From contig NC_042998.1 of assembly GCF_006345805.1 (NCBI RefSeq), positions 168,392,001 to 168,456,000 of the forward strand: a stretch of 64,000 nucleotides of DNA, in the 5' to 3' direction. The position numbers and the translations under genes are program-made. Numbering within the stretch: the first letter of the stretch is position 1; each line of letters starts with the position of its first letter. A model generated the notes under the pieces. The model ran no database searches. It was not told where the DNA came from and saw nothing but the letters and a program-made list of their open reading frames with translations. This stretch comes from Octopus sinensis (taxonomy: Eukaryota). Of this stretch, positions 26,824-39,716 are shown piece after piece.

Positions 26824-26891
26824 AAAGAGATTAGAATGATTAATGAATGAGAGGTGGTTTTCTCTCAGTCATTAATCGTTCTAATCTCTTT
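26824..26891. other. 68-nt hairpin with 30-nt arms
   Basis: Arms 26824-26853 and 26862-26891 are 28/30 complementary; 8-nt loop. Confidence 0.9.
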
Positions 26892-27269
26892 TTGATAAGC
26901 ATCTTGGTGTTAGCTATTTAGCGAACTGTCTTGCAACCAAACATCTACACCATGTTAATTCAGTACATTAAGTAGTGAGAAAATACAGTTTCGTGTGGGG
27001 TGGGGGTGTAAGCATATATCTACATACATATAACTCTTCTTGGAATGGTGAAACTCGAAGCAGATAAAGCTATAAATAATCCTTTCTACTGGAGGCACAA
27101 GGCCAGATATTCTGGGGAAGAGATTCAATCGATTATATCGACCACATTACTCAACGGGTATTTATTTTTTCGAAAGGCAAATTCGATCTCGGCGTAATTG
27201 GAACTCAGAACTTAAAGACGAACGAAGTACCAGCTTATTACCTTCATAAAGCTATCAGTAATAAATTTC

Positions 27270-28515
27270 CTATATACCACTTAGACCACCAACTCTCTTA
27301 GCCGCCGATCAACCAAGAGCGTAACCTCAAATTCTCTAGACTTAAGTAGTTTATTTTTAGCATATTACTGAAACATTAGAATGTACTCCCTAATCTCTCC
27401 AGAAAAGAACGTCTCCTTCTAAACAACATGCGAGAGAAGGACCTCGTATACCTCTCTTCCGACAGAGGGAAAGAATTCTGAGAGACACATGCAACAGCTT
27501 GGCATATGAGTACCTTAACAGCGGTGAACTATATACAGAAGTGACAGACATTACTGCATGACAGACTGAAGATCATATCAACACTGCACGGACGGATATC
27601 TGCAGGCGAAGACATCTTAACAAATATAAACACAACCTCACCATCAGGAACAGCAGACTACCAACGTTCTACTACCTCATCAAAACTCACAAAACCAGAG
27701 TGAATCTACAGATTAAACCAATTGTCTCCAATATAGAAGGACTTCTCTATAAAATCTCCTAGTTCCTCTCCCATGCCTATAATTGCTATTTTTTCCTGGA
27801 CATATCATCAGCTGCAACGAAGTCATACAAAAACTACATCAAATACAACCTGACCAACTTAAATTCAACAGATATGCCTTTACCCTCGATGAACAACACT
27901 CGTTCATCCAGCGGTCAACTAGTCACTGAGTGCATCATTTCATACAGCATATACTGCTTTGACCTCGCTCCACAAGACAGGCATTAGCTTCTATCAATCA
28001 TCGTTGAAAATACATATTTCACTTTCTACCACCAGACATACAAACAAACAATAGGCCTACCCACTGAGTCCAGTATTTCAGGCCTTCTAACCATCACTTA
28101 TATGAACCAACTGGAACGTCGAGCGCTCAACACCTGCCACTCCTGTGTTTTCTTCACCCGATACATAGATGATATACTCATCTTCACATCATCCCGTGAA
28201 AAGGCTGGCAAAATATCTACGACATTTTCAAACACAGATAACAACATACGATTTACAACAGAATACTCCGATAAAAAATGGTTCCATATCTCTGCTAGAT
28301 ATCCAACTTAGAATAACAGATGAAGATACTATATACACCAACTTCTATAGGAAACCTGCCAGTAGAGACCTGTTTGTGCATTACAGATCAGATCTTCCCT
28401 TGATGCTAAAACCCGGATACATAAGAAATGAACTTACGCGTATCAGGAACAAATATAGCAAGAGAGAGGACCAGATCACTCACACTGCAAACTTCATAGA
28501 TGTACCGAAGATGAA
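27270..28515 (+). pseudogene. Penelope-like element reverse transcriptase, decayed
   Basis: FYYLIKTHK, IKPIVSN, FTRYIDDILIF, SISLLDIQL and FYRKPASRDLFVHY motifs. GIY-YIG domain not seen. Confidence 0.85.
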
Positions 28516-28689
28516 CGATACTGAAAATTTTTTACAGCAATCAATAACATGCGAGTTCAAATCCTTCCCCCGTAGGGGAGGCACATAACTTTTTAACAAC
28601 ACCCGCAAGCAGGCAAAAGTTTTCAGCCAACAATTCAACAAATTAACAATACCTTAAGTGTAACAACAGCAAATAACCGCTAAATCCAA

Positions 28690-30465
28690 TTTTGAATACA
28701 AAAAATGAACCGACTACTAAGAGTGGAACTGGCAGGAACTACCCTCCGACACGAACTTTTTCTTTATTTACCACGAACTTCCTCAGAGCGCTACCATTTA
28801 TATGTGGTGGTCCAGTCCATTCTCGCTAGGCGGTGTCGTACTCTCGCACACCTCCACTTTTGAGATTTCGTATTTCAAAGGAATAAAGAAATTCTTTTAT
28901 TTACTATTTTTTAGTAGCTCTTTTGCTTGGGCATTATCTCAACATCTTCGGACTGCTTTCTTTTTCTCGTGCAGTTTTACAGGACTATTACTTTTGGTAC
29001 CGGTACATCGAATATTTCACAAAATACTTCCAGGGGAATTTCTTCCTGATCTTGAGTATGCCGCTTCCTTACCTGGTTTATATGTCTCTTATGTTCACCG
29101 TGTGACCCTTTAATTTGATACACCATAATTCTAATTTTTCTGGTAACAAGGCCATCTTCCCAGCCTTATTTACCGTTTCTATAGGTTTTGAAATGCATTT
29201 TATCACATACCTGGACGTATTTCGTTAGCTCTTGCATATTTTCTTTACATCTTTTTTTCTCTGGTAATAGCTTATCAAAAATAGATTTTATTCTTCTTGC
29301 GAACATCAATTCTGCGGGAAGCTTCCCTGAATTTGTACTTGGATTAGTGGGGGGGGTCACTTCGTATATTCTTAAGAAATTTGTTAGTGCTTCGTCGTTA
29401 CTTAAGTCATTTCTCGCTTTTCTTATCGCTCTCTCAAAGGTGTCCACAAATGTAGGAATCACCCAGACAAATTTTGTTATATATGTCGTGCGGTGATATT
29501 CCAGAAGAATGCAAAAAACATTACACAGTTGGTAAAATTCAGAAATTGTGTTAAGTCTGGCGTAAACGCATTCACTAGATTTTCGGACTTCGTCGACTGT
29601 AACTCAATTAATTGTTGTTGTTGTAGTATTTATTTTTGCAATTTCTGTAGTGGTTCCTATTGCTTTTCTTGAAGCTGTACTACTGCGGCTAATAGGTTTG
29701 CCATGACGCAGAAATTGTTAACTAACCAATGTGAGTTTCGAACGGTCCTCGCCGTCAGATGTTATATCCTTATGGATAAATGAATACACTGTAACAGTGC
29801 AATAACAATATAATTGAAACAAACGGCAGTAACCTCACGCAACGTAACAACAATCTTTTAAGAACTAACAATCCTATGCAGGATCATGAATTCCTTCCCG
29901 GGGGACTCCTATAGATTTATGTCTGTGTGGTCCGGCCTGGAACCGGGTACATGCTTCGATGAAGCAAGGAGACTGGTCGGCCGGATAACCTGAACGGTTG
30001 CAATCAAAAAAGAGTCTACAAAATGTGAAATATGTGACTTTTTGTGTAATGTACGAGGTTTATAGCCTCATTGTGTTTTAAAAAAGAAAGAATTCTGAAC
30101 ATTGTGTTTTTATGTTAGAGGTTTATTGCCTCATTGTGATTTCTAGAAAAAAGAAACAAGAACAATGTTTTAGAGAAGCGAAAGTCGGCGGGCGCTTTCG
30201 TCTTCTCCCATCATCATCATTTTTGCATCATTATCATTCATCCCATTAATGTTCGTGTCCAGCCCACAAAGCTTTTATCTGTGTGATGCCCTTGTGGCAA
30301 ATTAAATGAAATAAAGAACTAACAATCCAACACGCTAACTCGAACTGTGAACTCCAGCTTTGACTATCATCACACGAACTGTGGAACTATTTCTCACTCA
30401 GACTGCTACTATTTACATGTAGTGGTCCAGTCCATTCTCGCCAGGGGGCGTCGCACTCTCGCACA
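28690..30465 (-). mobile_element. Internally deleted Gypsy-type LTR element (5' LTR ~29760-30465; 3' LTR from 28850 leftwards)
   Basis: 28796-28850 vs 30411-30465 match 49/55. PPT AAAAGTGGAGG precedes the TG at 28850. PBS-like TGACGGCGAGG at 29747-29757. Integrase C-terminus FVDTFERAIRKA...PAELMFARRIKSIFDKLLP. Confidence 0.78.
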
Positions 30466-31074
30466 ACAATTATTAAATATATTAATCATAATTAAGCTAC
30501 TATATCCAGTGCTTATTTTTCTCCCATTTCTGAATCCCAGTGTGTTCACTTATACAGGATTATGTGTATGTGTAAATAGCCAGGGAGAGAGGGAGACAGA
30601 GACAAAGAGAGTGTGAGCGAAACGGACAGACAGGGAGTCAGGTAGAGAAGGGTTGTTTTATATCCTTTAATATGTATTTGGTTATATAGTTTCCGTACAT
30701 AAATGCCAAACCTTATGTATGTAGAAATTATCAAGTTTATATTTTTTATCGAATTTGACTTATGTGCGTCCAGAATATTTCTGTGTTGGTACTACTTAAA
30801 TCTAGTCTCTACCAATCACAGGTTGCTGACCTTCATAAGCATTGACTGTTGCTGTTAAGCAGCACGTAATTCCTGTCTTTTGCAAATCAATAAAACAATA
30901 GTAATAGGCAATATATAATTTACTCAACTCCGGAAGACGACGAACGTGAGAAAATCTATGTTTATATCATCTATATGCATTTTATCTTTATAGAATGTAT
31001 ATGTGTAAATAAAAGAAAAGATTGATCACCACACCAGAATAATTCGTCACCAACCTGGGTGAAATTTCACTTAC

Positions 31075-31242
31075 CACGTTATGTTTCTCTTCACATTTTT
31101 TAATATTTTTTTGGAATTTTTCAATATGTGCTTGAAATCGTTCAAAATCTCGTTCAAGACCTATAGAGCCCATATCTTCTCCACGTCCCGATTTCTCTTC
31201 GTAGATAGTTTTCAGCTTATCTTGATGTTTGGACGAGCTTCT
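31075..31242 (-). CDS. Host gene internal exon (RSSSKHQDK...CEEKHNV)
   Basis: Acceptor TTCTCTTGTCTGCTTTTAG, donor GTAAGT, 168 nt, phase 0-0, open frame. Confidence 0.82.
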
Positions 31243-32019
31243 CTAAAAGCAGACAAGAGAACCACACTAATTAGAAACTAGCCTAAACGAAGGTGACAGA
31301 TTTACAACTATCAGTGATATTGTGCCAGTTATTAAACATCTTATAACTCAAGAAAATTGAAATTAGGAGCGACGAATTTTACCACATTTATGCAATGAAG
31401 TGGATTTTGAATTCTTCTTTGGGAGACATTAACACAAATGCTAGTATTAAAACACAGGCGTTGTATTGACTGTATAAAATACAGTGAATGTATAGCCACA
31501 TTGATAATTCAAAGCTTTACTTTTAACAATATTCGTAATATTCCCAGTTCCATTTACTTGGCAGCAGAACTGCTTTGATTAAAAGTTAATAAAGGCTTGG
31601 AGATTCATTTCAGGCAACTGGCACGAAAACATTTAATTAATTTAAGGGATCCTTTCACATATACAGAAAATTATTTTGGCAACATTATAACCTTTTCAAT
31701 ATCCTATTCAATTTCTATCTCTCTCTTCACCGCCTCCATATCTCTCACTACTCATCTTCTTTCTCTCCTTTTCTTTCTTCAAGTACATACAAAACTACAC
31801 TATGTTGTGTCACGCTACTTTTAACAAAAAATTCAGGAAAAGGGGCTGTGATTTTCTGTCAACAACACGCTCCTTTCTCATTTCCACTCTTTCTTAGATC
31901 GTATTTTGCTCTCTTCGTCGCCCATTCTCTCCCCTCTCTCTCTCTCAGTCCCTTTACCTACCTTTATCTACTACTTTATCCACTTTCCATTTCTTTGTTT
32001 TTTTCTCAATCTCTTTCTC

Positions 32020-32170
32020 ATCATCATCATCATCATTATCATCAACAACATCACCATCATCATCACCATTTAACGTCCATTTCCCATGCTAGCATGGGTT
32101 GGACAGTTTGGCAGGGTTCATATAAGTTTTGGCATAGTTTATTAGGCTGGATGCCCTTCCTAGCGCCAAT
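32020..32170 (-). repeat. 3' end of an RTE-like LINE/SINE with (TGA)n tail
   Basis: CATC..TTTAACGTCC...GGCTGGATGCCCTTCC; second copy at 33915-34240. Confidence 0.55.
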
Positions 32171-32399
32171 AAATACATGTGTATATATAAAATATAATAA
32201 ATACACGTGTGTATATATATGTGTGTGCATATATATATATGTTGTGTGTGTGTGTGTGCGTGCGTGTGTATCTGTGTGTGTGGTATGTAGTTCAAGTTAT
32301 AATAATACAAGCTGTGTCTTCGTGAAGCACCTATTATTTGATTCGCTGTCTGAAGAACTAATAAAAAATATCTTACATGTTTTTTTCCTTCATGTACAA

Positions 32400-33481
32400 T
32401 TTCGTAACTCCTATTAGCAAGTGCAACGTCTATAACGGTGAACAATGCCCCAATTTCATCAACATAAAATTTGGCTAGTTTTGAATCGTTAAATGTTTTT
32501 CTTTGTAATGAGTTTTGTAGAGACAAAAATAAGTGGTTGTCGGATGACGCAATATCAGGAGAATATGGTAGGCGGGGTGAGAGATCCCAGACAAATTCAT
32601 GTGACTTGTTCGGGTAATCAAAGATACATTTGGTTGGGCAGTTTCTAGTAGACTCACTACCTCTTTCCTATTGGCAATCCCCGACTAGCCAGCTGGAAAA
32701 ATAAATAATGCCTTTATGATCCCACTAAACACAAAGCTTAGCCTTTTTGGCATAGACATTCGTCTTTGGTTGCTATTTTGGAGGATCCTTTCACAAACTC
32801 CAGGATCTTTTTCACTCTACGTTTTCGTACACAATCCATTTTTCACCTCCAGTCACAAGTTCTATAAAAAAAAAAAGCATTTTCTCTTTCCGATTCAAAA
32901 CCATATCACAAACGGAATACCGGTCCCAGCAAATATTTTCTGAGAGTTTGTGAGGGACCCATACAGTATAGCAAGAAATGTATCCTAGCTTCACTAGATT
33001 TTCATAAGCTGTACTTTTAGAAACTTCCAACTCCTCTGCAAATTCTCTAGACGTGATATTTGAGTTTTCTTCCATTTTTGCCTTCTAAACATCTCCATCC
33101 AAATTTGAAGGTCTTCCTCTGCGACTGCCATTTTCCGAGCTAAACTCTTCAACTTTAAATTCTGCAAACGTCTTCGAACAGTTGATTCACCAACAGCATC
33201 ATTACCATAAACTTCACAAATGTTTTTGCAAGTCTTTGCAGCGTTTTCTTCTTCTTAAAAAGAGAAAAGCATTGCAACGCGAATATGAAATTTTTGGTTA
33301 TCCATTTCAAATGTCAATAAAGGATAACCGGAATGAAAGATAAATCTATTTTTAGTCAGGAACAAAGAAGAGCTGCATTACCACTTTAAACAATGCCAAA
33401 GTTTTAACTGTTTTACGTTTCAGTTGAGTTCAAAGAAACGTTAAAAGATTTAGCTTAAAAACGCTCAGAACTTTCCGGACA
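32400..33481 (-). mobile_element. Decayed mariner element
   Basis: WVPHKLSE and LVTGGEKWIVYEN motifs. TIR-like CATTGTCCGGAAAGTTC at the 33481 end. Confidence 0.85.
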
Positions 33482-33482
33482 A

Positions 33483-33680
33483 TGTATGTATGTATGTATG
33501 TATGTATGTATGTATGTATGTATTATGTATGTATGTATGTATGTATGTATGTATGTATGTATGTATGTATGTATGTATGTATGTATGTATGTATGTATGT
33601 ATGTATGTATGTATGTATGTATGTATGTATGTATGTATGTATGTATGTATGTATGTATGTATGTTCGTTCGTTCGTTCGT
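33483..33680. repeat. (TATG)n then (TTCG)n microsatellite
   Basis: Direct inspection. Confidence 0.97.
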
Positions 33681-33859
33681 TATTTATCAATAGCATTCTG
33701 TATATCATACTTAATGTCACTGCTGGACGCTTTTCATCTGATACCGATATTTTTTCTTTTTAGAACTATATGCCTATACAAGATGCTTTCTCGAGACGAA
33801 TACTGCATTTCTGTGGCTTTCTACAGTATATCCAAGTTCAGTAAGATGTACAAAGCTAC

Positions 33860-33914
<55 letters not shown>

Positions 33915-34274
33915 CATCATCGTCATCGTTTAATGTCCATCTGTCATGCATGGATAGGATGGTTGACAGGAGCCGGCTAGGTAAAAAAAAAACTTCTCTA
34001 AGTTGTGGTGTCTGTTTTGGTAGGGTTTTTACGGCTAGATGCCCTTCTTAACACCAACTATTCTGCAGAGTGGACTCAGTGCTTTTTACGCGGCACTAGC
34101 ACAGGTGAGATTAGTTTTGGTACGATTTTTATAGCTTGATGCCCTTCCAAATGTCAACCACGTTACAGTGTGGATTCGATGCTTCTGACGTGGCATCAGC
34201 ACTGGCAGGGTAACTAAGTAACTTGCAAGACAAGGAATCATCATCATCATTATTATTATCATTATTATTATTAT

Positions 34275-34790
34275 TCAGTAGTTTAATTTTTATATCGTGC
34301 TTTCACTTCACTACCGAGCGCCGCTCTGTGTGCCTTGGGTACGTGCTGTGGTTTGTTGTGGTGCTCTTATTTTCACTGCATTTAAAGTGCTTTACGTAGG
34401 ATGTGCGTGGTGTCTATAAATGCTATTTCTGTATGTTATATACATTCGTAAGTCCTGGTGTTTTGGTTATGTATTTGTCTGAATGCTTTTTAATCACACC
34501 TAATGCACCTATTATTATAAGGATTGATTCTGCTTCTAGGCTCCACATTCGAGTTACATATATTTTCAGATATTTTTATTTTGAGAGTGTCTCTGTTTCT
34601 TTTAAAGATACATTGTCATCTGTTGGTATTGAGAGATCGATTAGAAGGCATTTTTTTCTTGGTGATATCTGGTCCATTAGCCTTGATTTCTCTGTCTCTG
34701 TGTATTGACGTATCCTCGAGCATGGACGCTTTCTTATTTTCTGAGACCTTTTCTGAGGTGTGCTTATACCATCTTATCATCATCATCATC
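34275..34790 (-). mobile_element. R4/Dong-like 3' fragment (same family as 36062-37920)
   Basis: IKANGPDITKK motif and shared 3' UTR; flanked by triplet repeats. Confidence 0.85.
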
Positions 34791-34876
34791 ATCATTATTA
34801 TTATTATTATCATCATTGTTATTATTATTGTTGTTGTTGTTGTTATTATTGTTGTTGATGTTGATATTATTATTAT

Positions 34877-35433
34877 TGAGTAAGAGAGCAGCGCATGCCA
34901 TCACAGTCAAGCTGGAGTACCAATAGACACTGCCTGATATACTCACCACGACTACCGATCTGATAAGAGTACACCAGGAACATGCATCATAACTATATGT
35001 GCGTGACATGGTGACTTCATATCAAGATAAACAGCGCATAACCTTGCAGGTAGGTCCCAGTTAGAATATTCTTCAAGTCGAGTAGCCCATCACGTTTTAA
35101 ATATCCCTGAATAAGGGTTGTTTAAGAATGATGAACGAAACATGCCTGTTTCCAGAAGTGAATTACTCCAACCTTAAAGAATCCCTCACAACATACGGCT
35201 ATGATGCCCCCTCACCACTCCTGCTCGTGATCAGAGATGCAAATATCGTCAGCCACTAAGGGACATGCTCAACGGATTAAGGTCAAACAACTAACAGGTA
35301 AATCTGTGGCATTGAGCAAAATATTTGCTGTAGCTCATCTTTTGTCCCTAGACAAGACGTATACATTGTAAACTTCCAATCAGTTAAGATCAGAAGCGAT
35401 GAGACCCACTGCCTGATACTGCATCAATGCATT
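34877..35433 (-). mobile_element. ~556-bp TAA-embedded element, copy 2
   Basis: Homologous to 4525-5080. Confidence 0.88.
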
Positions 35434-35442
35434 TATTATTAC

Positions 35443-35997
35443 TGAGTGAGAGAGCAGTGCATGCCATCAAAGTGACGCTAGGGTAGAAATATACGAAGCC
35501 AAGTATACCCGTCATGATTACCCGTCTGATAAGGGTACACCAAGCACATCTATCACAACCATATGTGGGCGACATAGTGATCTCATATCAATATAAACAG
35601 TGCATAACTTTGCAGGTGTGGCCCAGTTAGAATTTTCTTCAGGTCGAGTAGCCCACCCCGCTGAAAAGGTCCCTGAATAAGGGTTGTTTAAGGATGTTGA
35701 ACTAAACACCCATGTTTCCAAAGGTGAATTATCCAAACCCCAAAGAATTCTTCTCAACAGATGGCTATGATGCTCCCACACTACTTCTGCTCGTGATCAG
35801 AGGTGCACATATCGTCAGCCACTAAGGGACATGGTCAACTGGTTAAGGTCAAGCAACTGACAAACAAATCTATGGTATTGAGCAGAATATTTGCTGTAGT
35901 CAATCTTTTATACCAAGACAAAACAAAGTACATAACACTTCCAATCAGTTACTATCAGAAGCCATGAGAGCCACTGCCTGATACTACACCAGGGCAT
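35443..35997 (-). mobile_element. ~556-bp TAA-embedded element, copy 3
   Basis: Tandem with copy 2, separated by TTATTATTA. Confidence 0.88.
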
Positions 35998-36004
35998 ATT
36001 ATTA

Positions 36005-36043
<39 letters not shown>

Positions 36044-36061
36044 TATTATTATTATTATTAT

Positions 36062-37021
36062 TCAGTAGTATATTTTTTATATCGTGCTTTCACTTCACTA
36101 CCGAGCGCAGCTCTGTGTGCCTTGGGTATGTGCTGTGATTTGTTGTGATGCTCTGATTGTTATTGTATGGAAAGTGTTCTGCGTAAGATGTGTCCAGTGC
36201 CTAGTAATGCAATTTTCTGTATGTTATATGTGTTTGTAAGTCCTGGTGTTTTTGTTATGTATTTGTCTGAATATTTTATCATGCCTAATGCACCTACTAT
36301 GATAGGAATTGTTTCTGTTTTTAGATTCCACATTCTGGTTACCTCTATTTCCAGGTCTTTGTATTTTGAAAGTCTCTCCATTTCTTTTAGAGACATGTTG
36401 TCATCCGCTGGTATTAATACATCAATTAGAAAACATTTTTTTTCTTCATGATCTCTGACAACTATATCTGGTCTGTTGGCTTTAATTTCTCTATCTGTGT
36501 GTATTGGCATATCCCAGAGTATGGTTGCTTTCTCGTTTTCTGTGACCTTTTCTGGTGTGTGCCTATACCATCTTTTTTCTGTTGTTATTCCATAATGTTG
36601 GCATAGTTTCCAGTGTATATAGGTCCCAACTCTGTCGTGTCTGTGAATATATTCCTTCTTAGCCAGGACTGGGCAGCCAGAGATAATATGATTTATTGTT
36701 TCTTGTCCATCTCCACCTATTCTGAAGTTGCTTGTTATATTTCTTTTCATTACATGTTTTTGGTAATTTCTGGTGGGGAGGCTTTGGTCTTGTGCTGCAA
36801 TTAAAAATCCTTCTGTCTCTGCTTTGAGTCCTGAGCTTCTCAACCATTGTTGGGATTTTTCTTTGTCTATTTCTTTTGCTTTTAGTTTAGTCCAGTATTT
36901 GCCATGAAGGGGCTTTTCTTGCCATCGTTTTATCATGGTTCGTTGCTGTTCTATTTTTAGTTTGGATTTCATTTGTTTTATAGCTTTTGTTGTTTCTTCT
37001 TCTTCTTCTTCTTCTTCTTCT

Positions 37022-37056
<35 letters not shown>

Positions 37057-37920
37057 TTCTTCTTCATATTTGTTAGGTGGTATGATTTCTTGTTTGTATT
37101 TGTCAGCTTCCTTAAATACTGAGAACAGTTTTTTGTTTTGCTCGTGTTTTGCCGCTATTTGCATCAGTTTTCCTTCCTTCTGAAGTAGATATTTTTGCAG
37201 TCCTATGGTGGTTATTTTATAGTAGTTTTCCAGCTGTATAAGGCCTCTACCACCATCTATACGTTGTATATATAGCCTTTCTATGTCAGATTTTGGGTGA
37301 TACATCCTAGATCCTGTCATTATTTTTCTTGTTTTTCTATCTATTTTGGTCAGTTCATTTAGTGTCCAGTTAAGGATATTGTAGCTGTAACTTATAACTG
37401 GGACGGCTAAAGTGTTGTTACCTATTATCTTGTTTTTAAGCATTGAGCTCTGTTTTCAGTATTGATCTAACTCGTCTATAATATTTTTTTTTATTTTCTC
37501 TTCCATTTGTGTGTGTTGTGTCTTATCTAGATCATGGATTCCTAAGTATTTGTAAGTTTGGCTTTGGTCTAATTCTTTTATTTCATTGGTTTTATCTAGT
37601 GTGATGTTGCTACTCTTAAATAGTTTTCCTCTTTTCAGGGTTACTTTGGCGCATTTCTCTAATCCAAATTTCATATCTATTTTTTTGGTAAATCCATGAA
37701 CTGTCTTTAGTAGTGTTCCCAGCTGTTTGTCATTTGTAGCGTATAGTTTTAGGTCATCCATATATAAAAGGTGGCTGATCTTTTTGTCGTAATACTTATA
37801 TCCGCATCCAGTTCTGTTTAGCATATCCGATAGAGGTGACAGTGCCAAGCAGAAAAGGAGTGGAGAGAGCGTATCTCCCTGGAATATTCCTCTTCTAATG
37901 GGGATGGCTTTGGTTTTCAT
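36062..37920 (-). mobile_element. R4/Dong-like LINE, 5'-truncated in RT; ORFs 37456-37941 and 36160-37443
   Basis: GIFQGDTLSPLLF, YMDDLKLY, RHDRV and NRPDIVV motifs; (TAA)n at both ends. Confidence 0.93.
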
Positions 37921-37943
37921 TATTATTATTATTATCATCATTA

Positions 37944-37988
<45 letters not shown>

Positions 37989-38011
37989 CATTATTATTAT
38001 TATTATTATTA

Positions 38012-38720
38012 TTTGATGAAATCTCAACTTATTTCGCTGGGTATGATGGAAAATATCAGCTGCCCACAGCTAGCAAATTAAGGTGATACTTGTTTACTTC
38101 AAGAGCCCTGCAAATAATTGCTGCAGTTCCAAGCAATACTGATTTTGGTTGGTGTTCTACTTTTACAATTATACCTGTCTTTTTGAGCCATGTTGGTAGT
38201 TCAGTGCTAATGCTTCCAAATGCGCCAATTACTATTGGTATCATGTCTACTCACCTCATTGACCACAACCTTCATATTTCCCACTTCAAATAGCCACAGC
38301 TGTTCAATGTTTCTTCTGTCTCTGTGATTCGGTTGTCACCGAGACATGCTATGTCGATTATCATGCATCCTTTCCACCCCGCTTTTTTTCACCACAGCAA
38401 TGTCCGGTTTCCGATGTTGAGTCAAGGGATCGCACTGAATCATTGCATCCCACAGGATTTTGCAATCTTCATTCTCAGTGACTCCTTCTGGGCTTTCCTC
38501 ATACCACGTCTTTGCTCATTGTAGGCCGTGATTTCCACAGAGCTCCCAATGGATCATTCTTGCTACATCCATCGTCATGTCGTCTTTTGAATTCGCGTTG
38601 TGCCAATTTCGGGCATTCGCTAACGATGTACCATACCGTTTCACCCCCCTTGCCACACATTCTGCATTTGTCGCTGTCGGTAGTGGGGTCCGGTAGGAGA
38701 AAGTAAGTCAAAGACCTAGA
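38012..38720 (-). mobile_element. R4/Dong-like 3' fragment, third family
   Basis: CRMCGKGGETVWYIVSECP, RRHDD and IPIVIGAFG motifs; 3' end runs into (TAA)n. Confidence 0.85.
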
Positions 38721-39059
38721 GTTACGTACATGGCACTTACCAAACTTTGTCACATTCATATGTTGTACTGTATGGTATTATGTGCGCGCGCGCGTATGTG
38801 TCGGTAACAACTGAAGAAATTTCAGTTTCTAATCAAATATATACAGTCCATCTCGACTTCGTTTGTGAACGTTCCCTATTACATGATCGTATACAGAAAC
38901 AATCACACGCATATACACACGCGCGCGCTCACACATACAACGAGCGTGCCACCAGATATGAATGTATGTACATATATGCCAATTTATTTAATTTCATTCC
39001 GTGTACTAGAAGTGTCTGACATAGATTATGGTCATTGTTGTAAGGAAAACTCACGTCAT

Positions 39060-39107
<48 letters not shown>

Positions 39108-39209
39108 ACACCACACTACACCACACATGCACACATATGCATACGAACATACTCATATACATACTGATGTATGCATGTGTGTGTGTGAGTGTAAGTGCAT
39201 AGATGGATG

Positions 39210-39260
<51 letters not shown>

Positions 39261-39520
39261 GATGGATGGATGGATGGATGGATGGATGGATCCTTTTTTT
39301 TCTGACACTATTTTACTAGCTTCGTTATTGAACTGCAGTTCAGAAGTGCTTTCTTTTGTTCTAGTCATTCAAATCGTCATCAGTACATCATGTAATTACA
39401 GCACTTAATTTTACCCGTCTATATTCATTGCGCGACAATGTTTTTGCATTTTCGTCGCAACTCCCATTGTGTCAATACGCAGAAACAGCACGAAAACAAA
39501 TCACGACACACAGACACATG

Positions 39521-39565
<45 letters not shown>

Positions 39566-39655
39566 GTGAGGGATTATCAATCAGAGAGAATAATACTTCA
39601 TAAGCAATCTGTTGGTACACTAGGCTAACAATATTGTTTGACCATTATTTATAAA

Positions 39656-39712
<57 letters not shown>

Positions 39713-39716
39713 CATA

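Noticed and set aside
30795-30876. Possible exon TGITCCLTATVNAYEGQQPVI
   Set aside because: The acceptor is weak (GCAAAAG), and the phase-1 end does not join the phase-2 penultimate exon without another unsupported exon.
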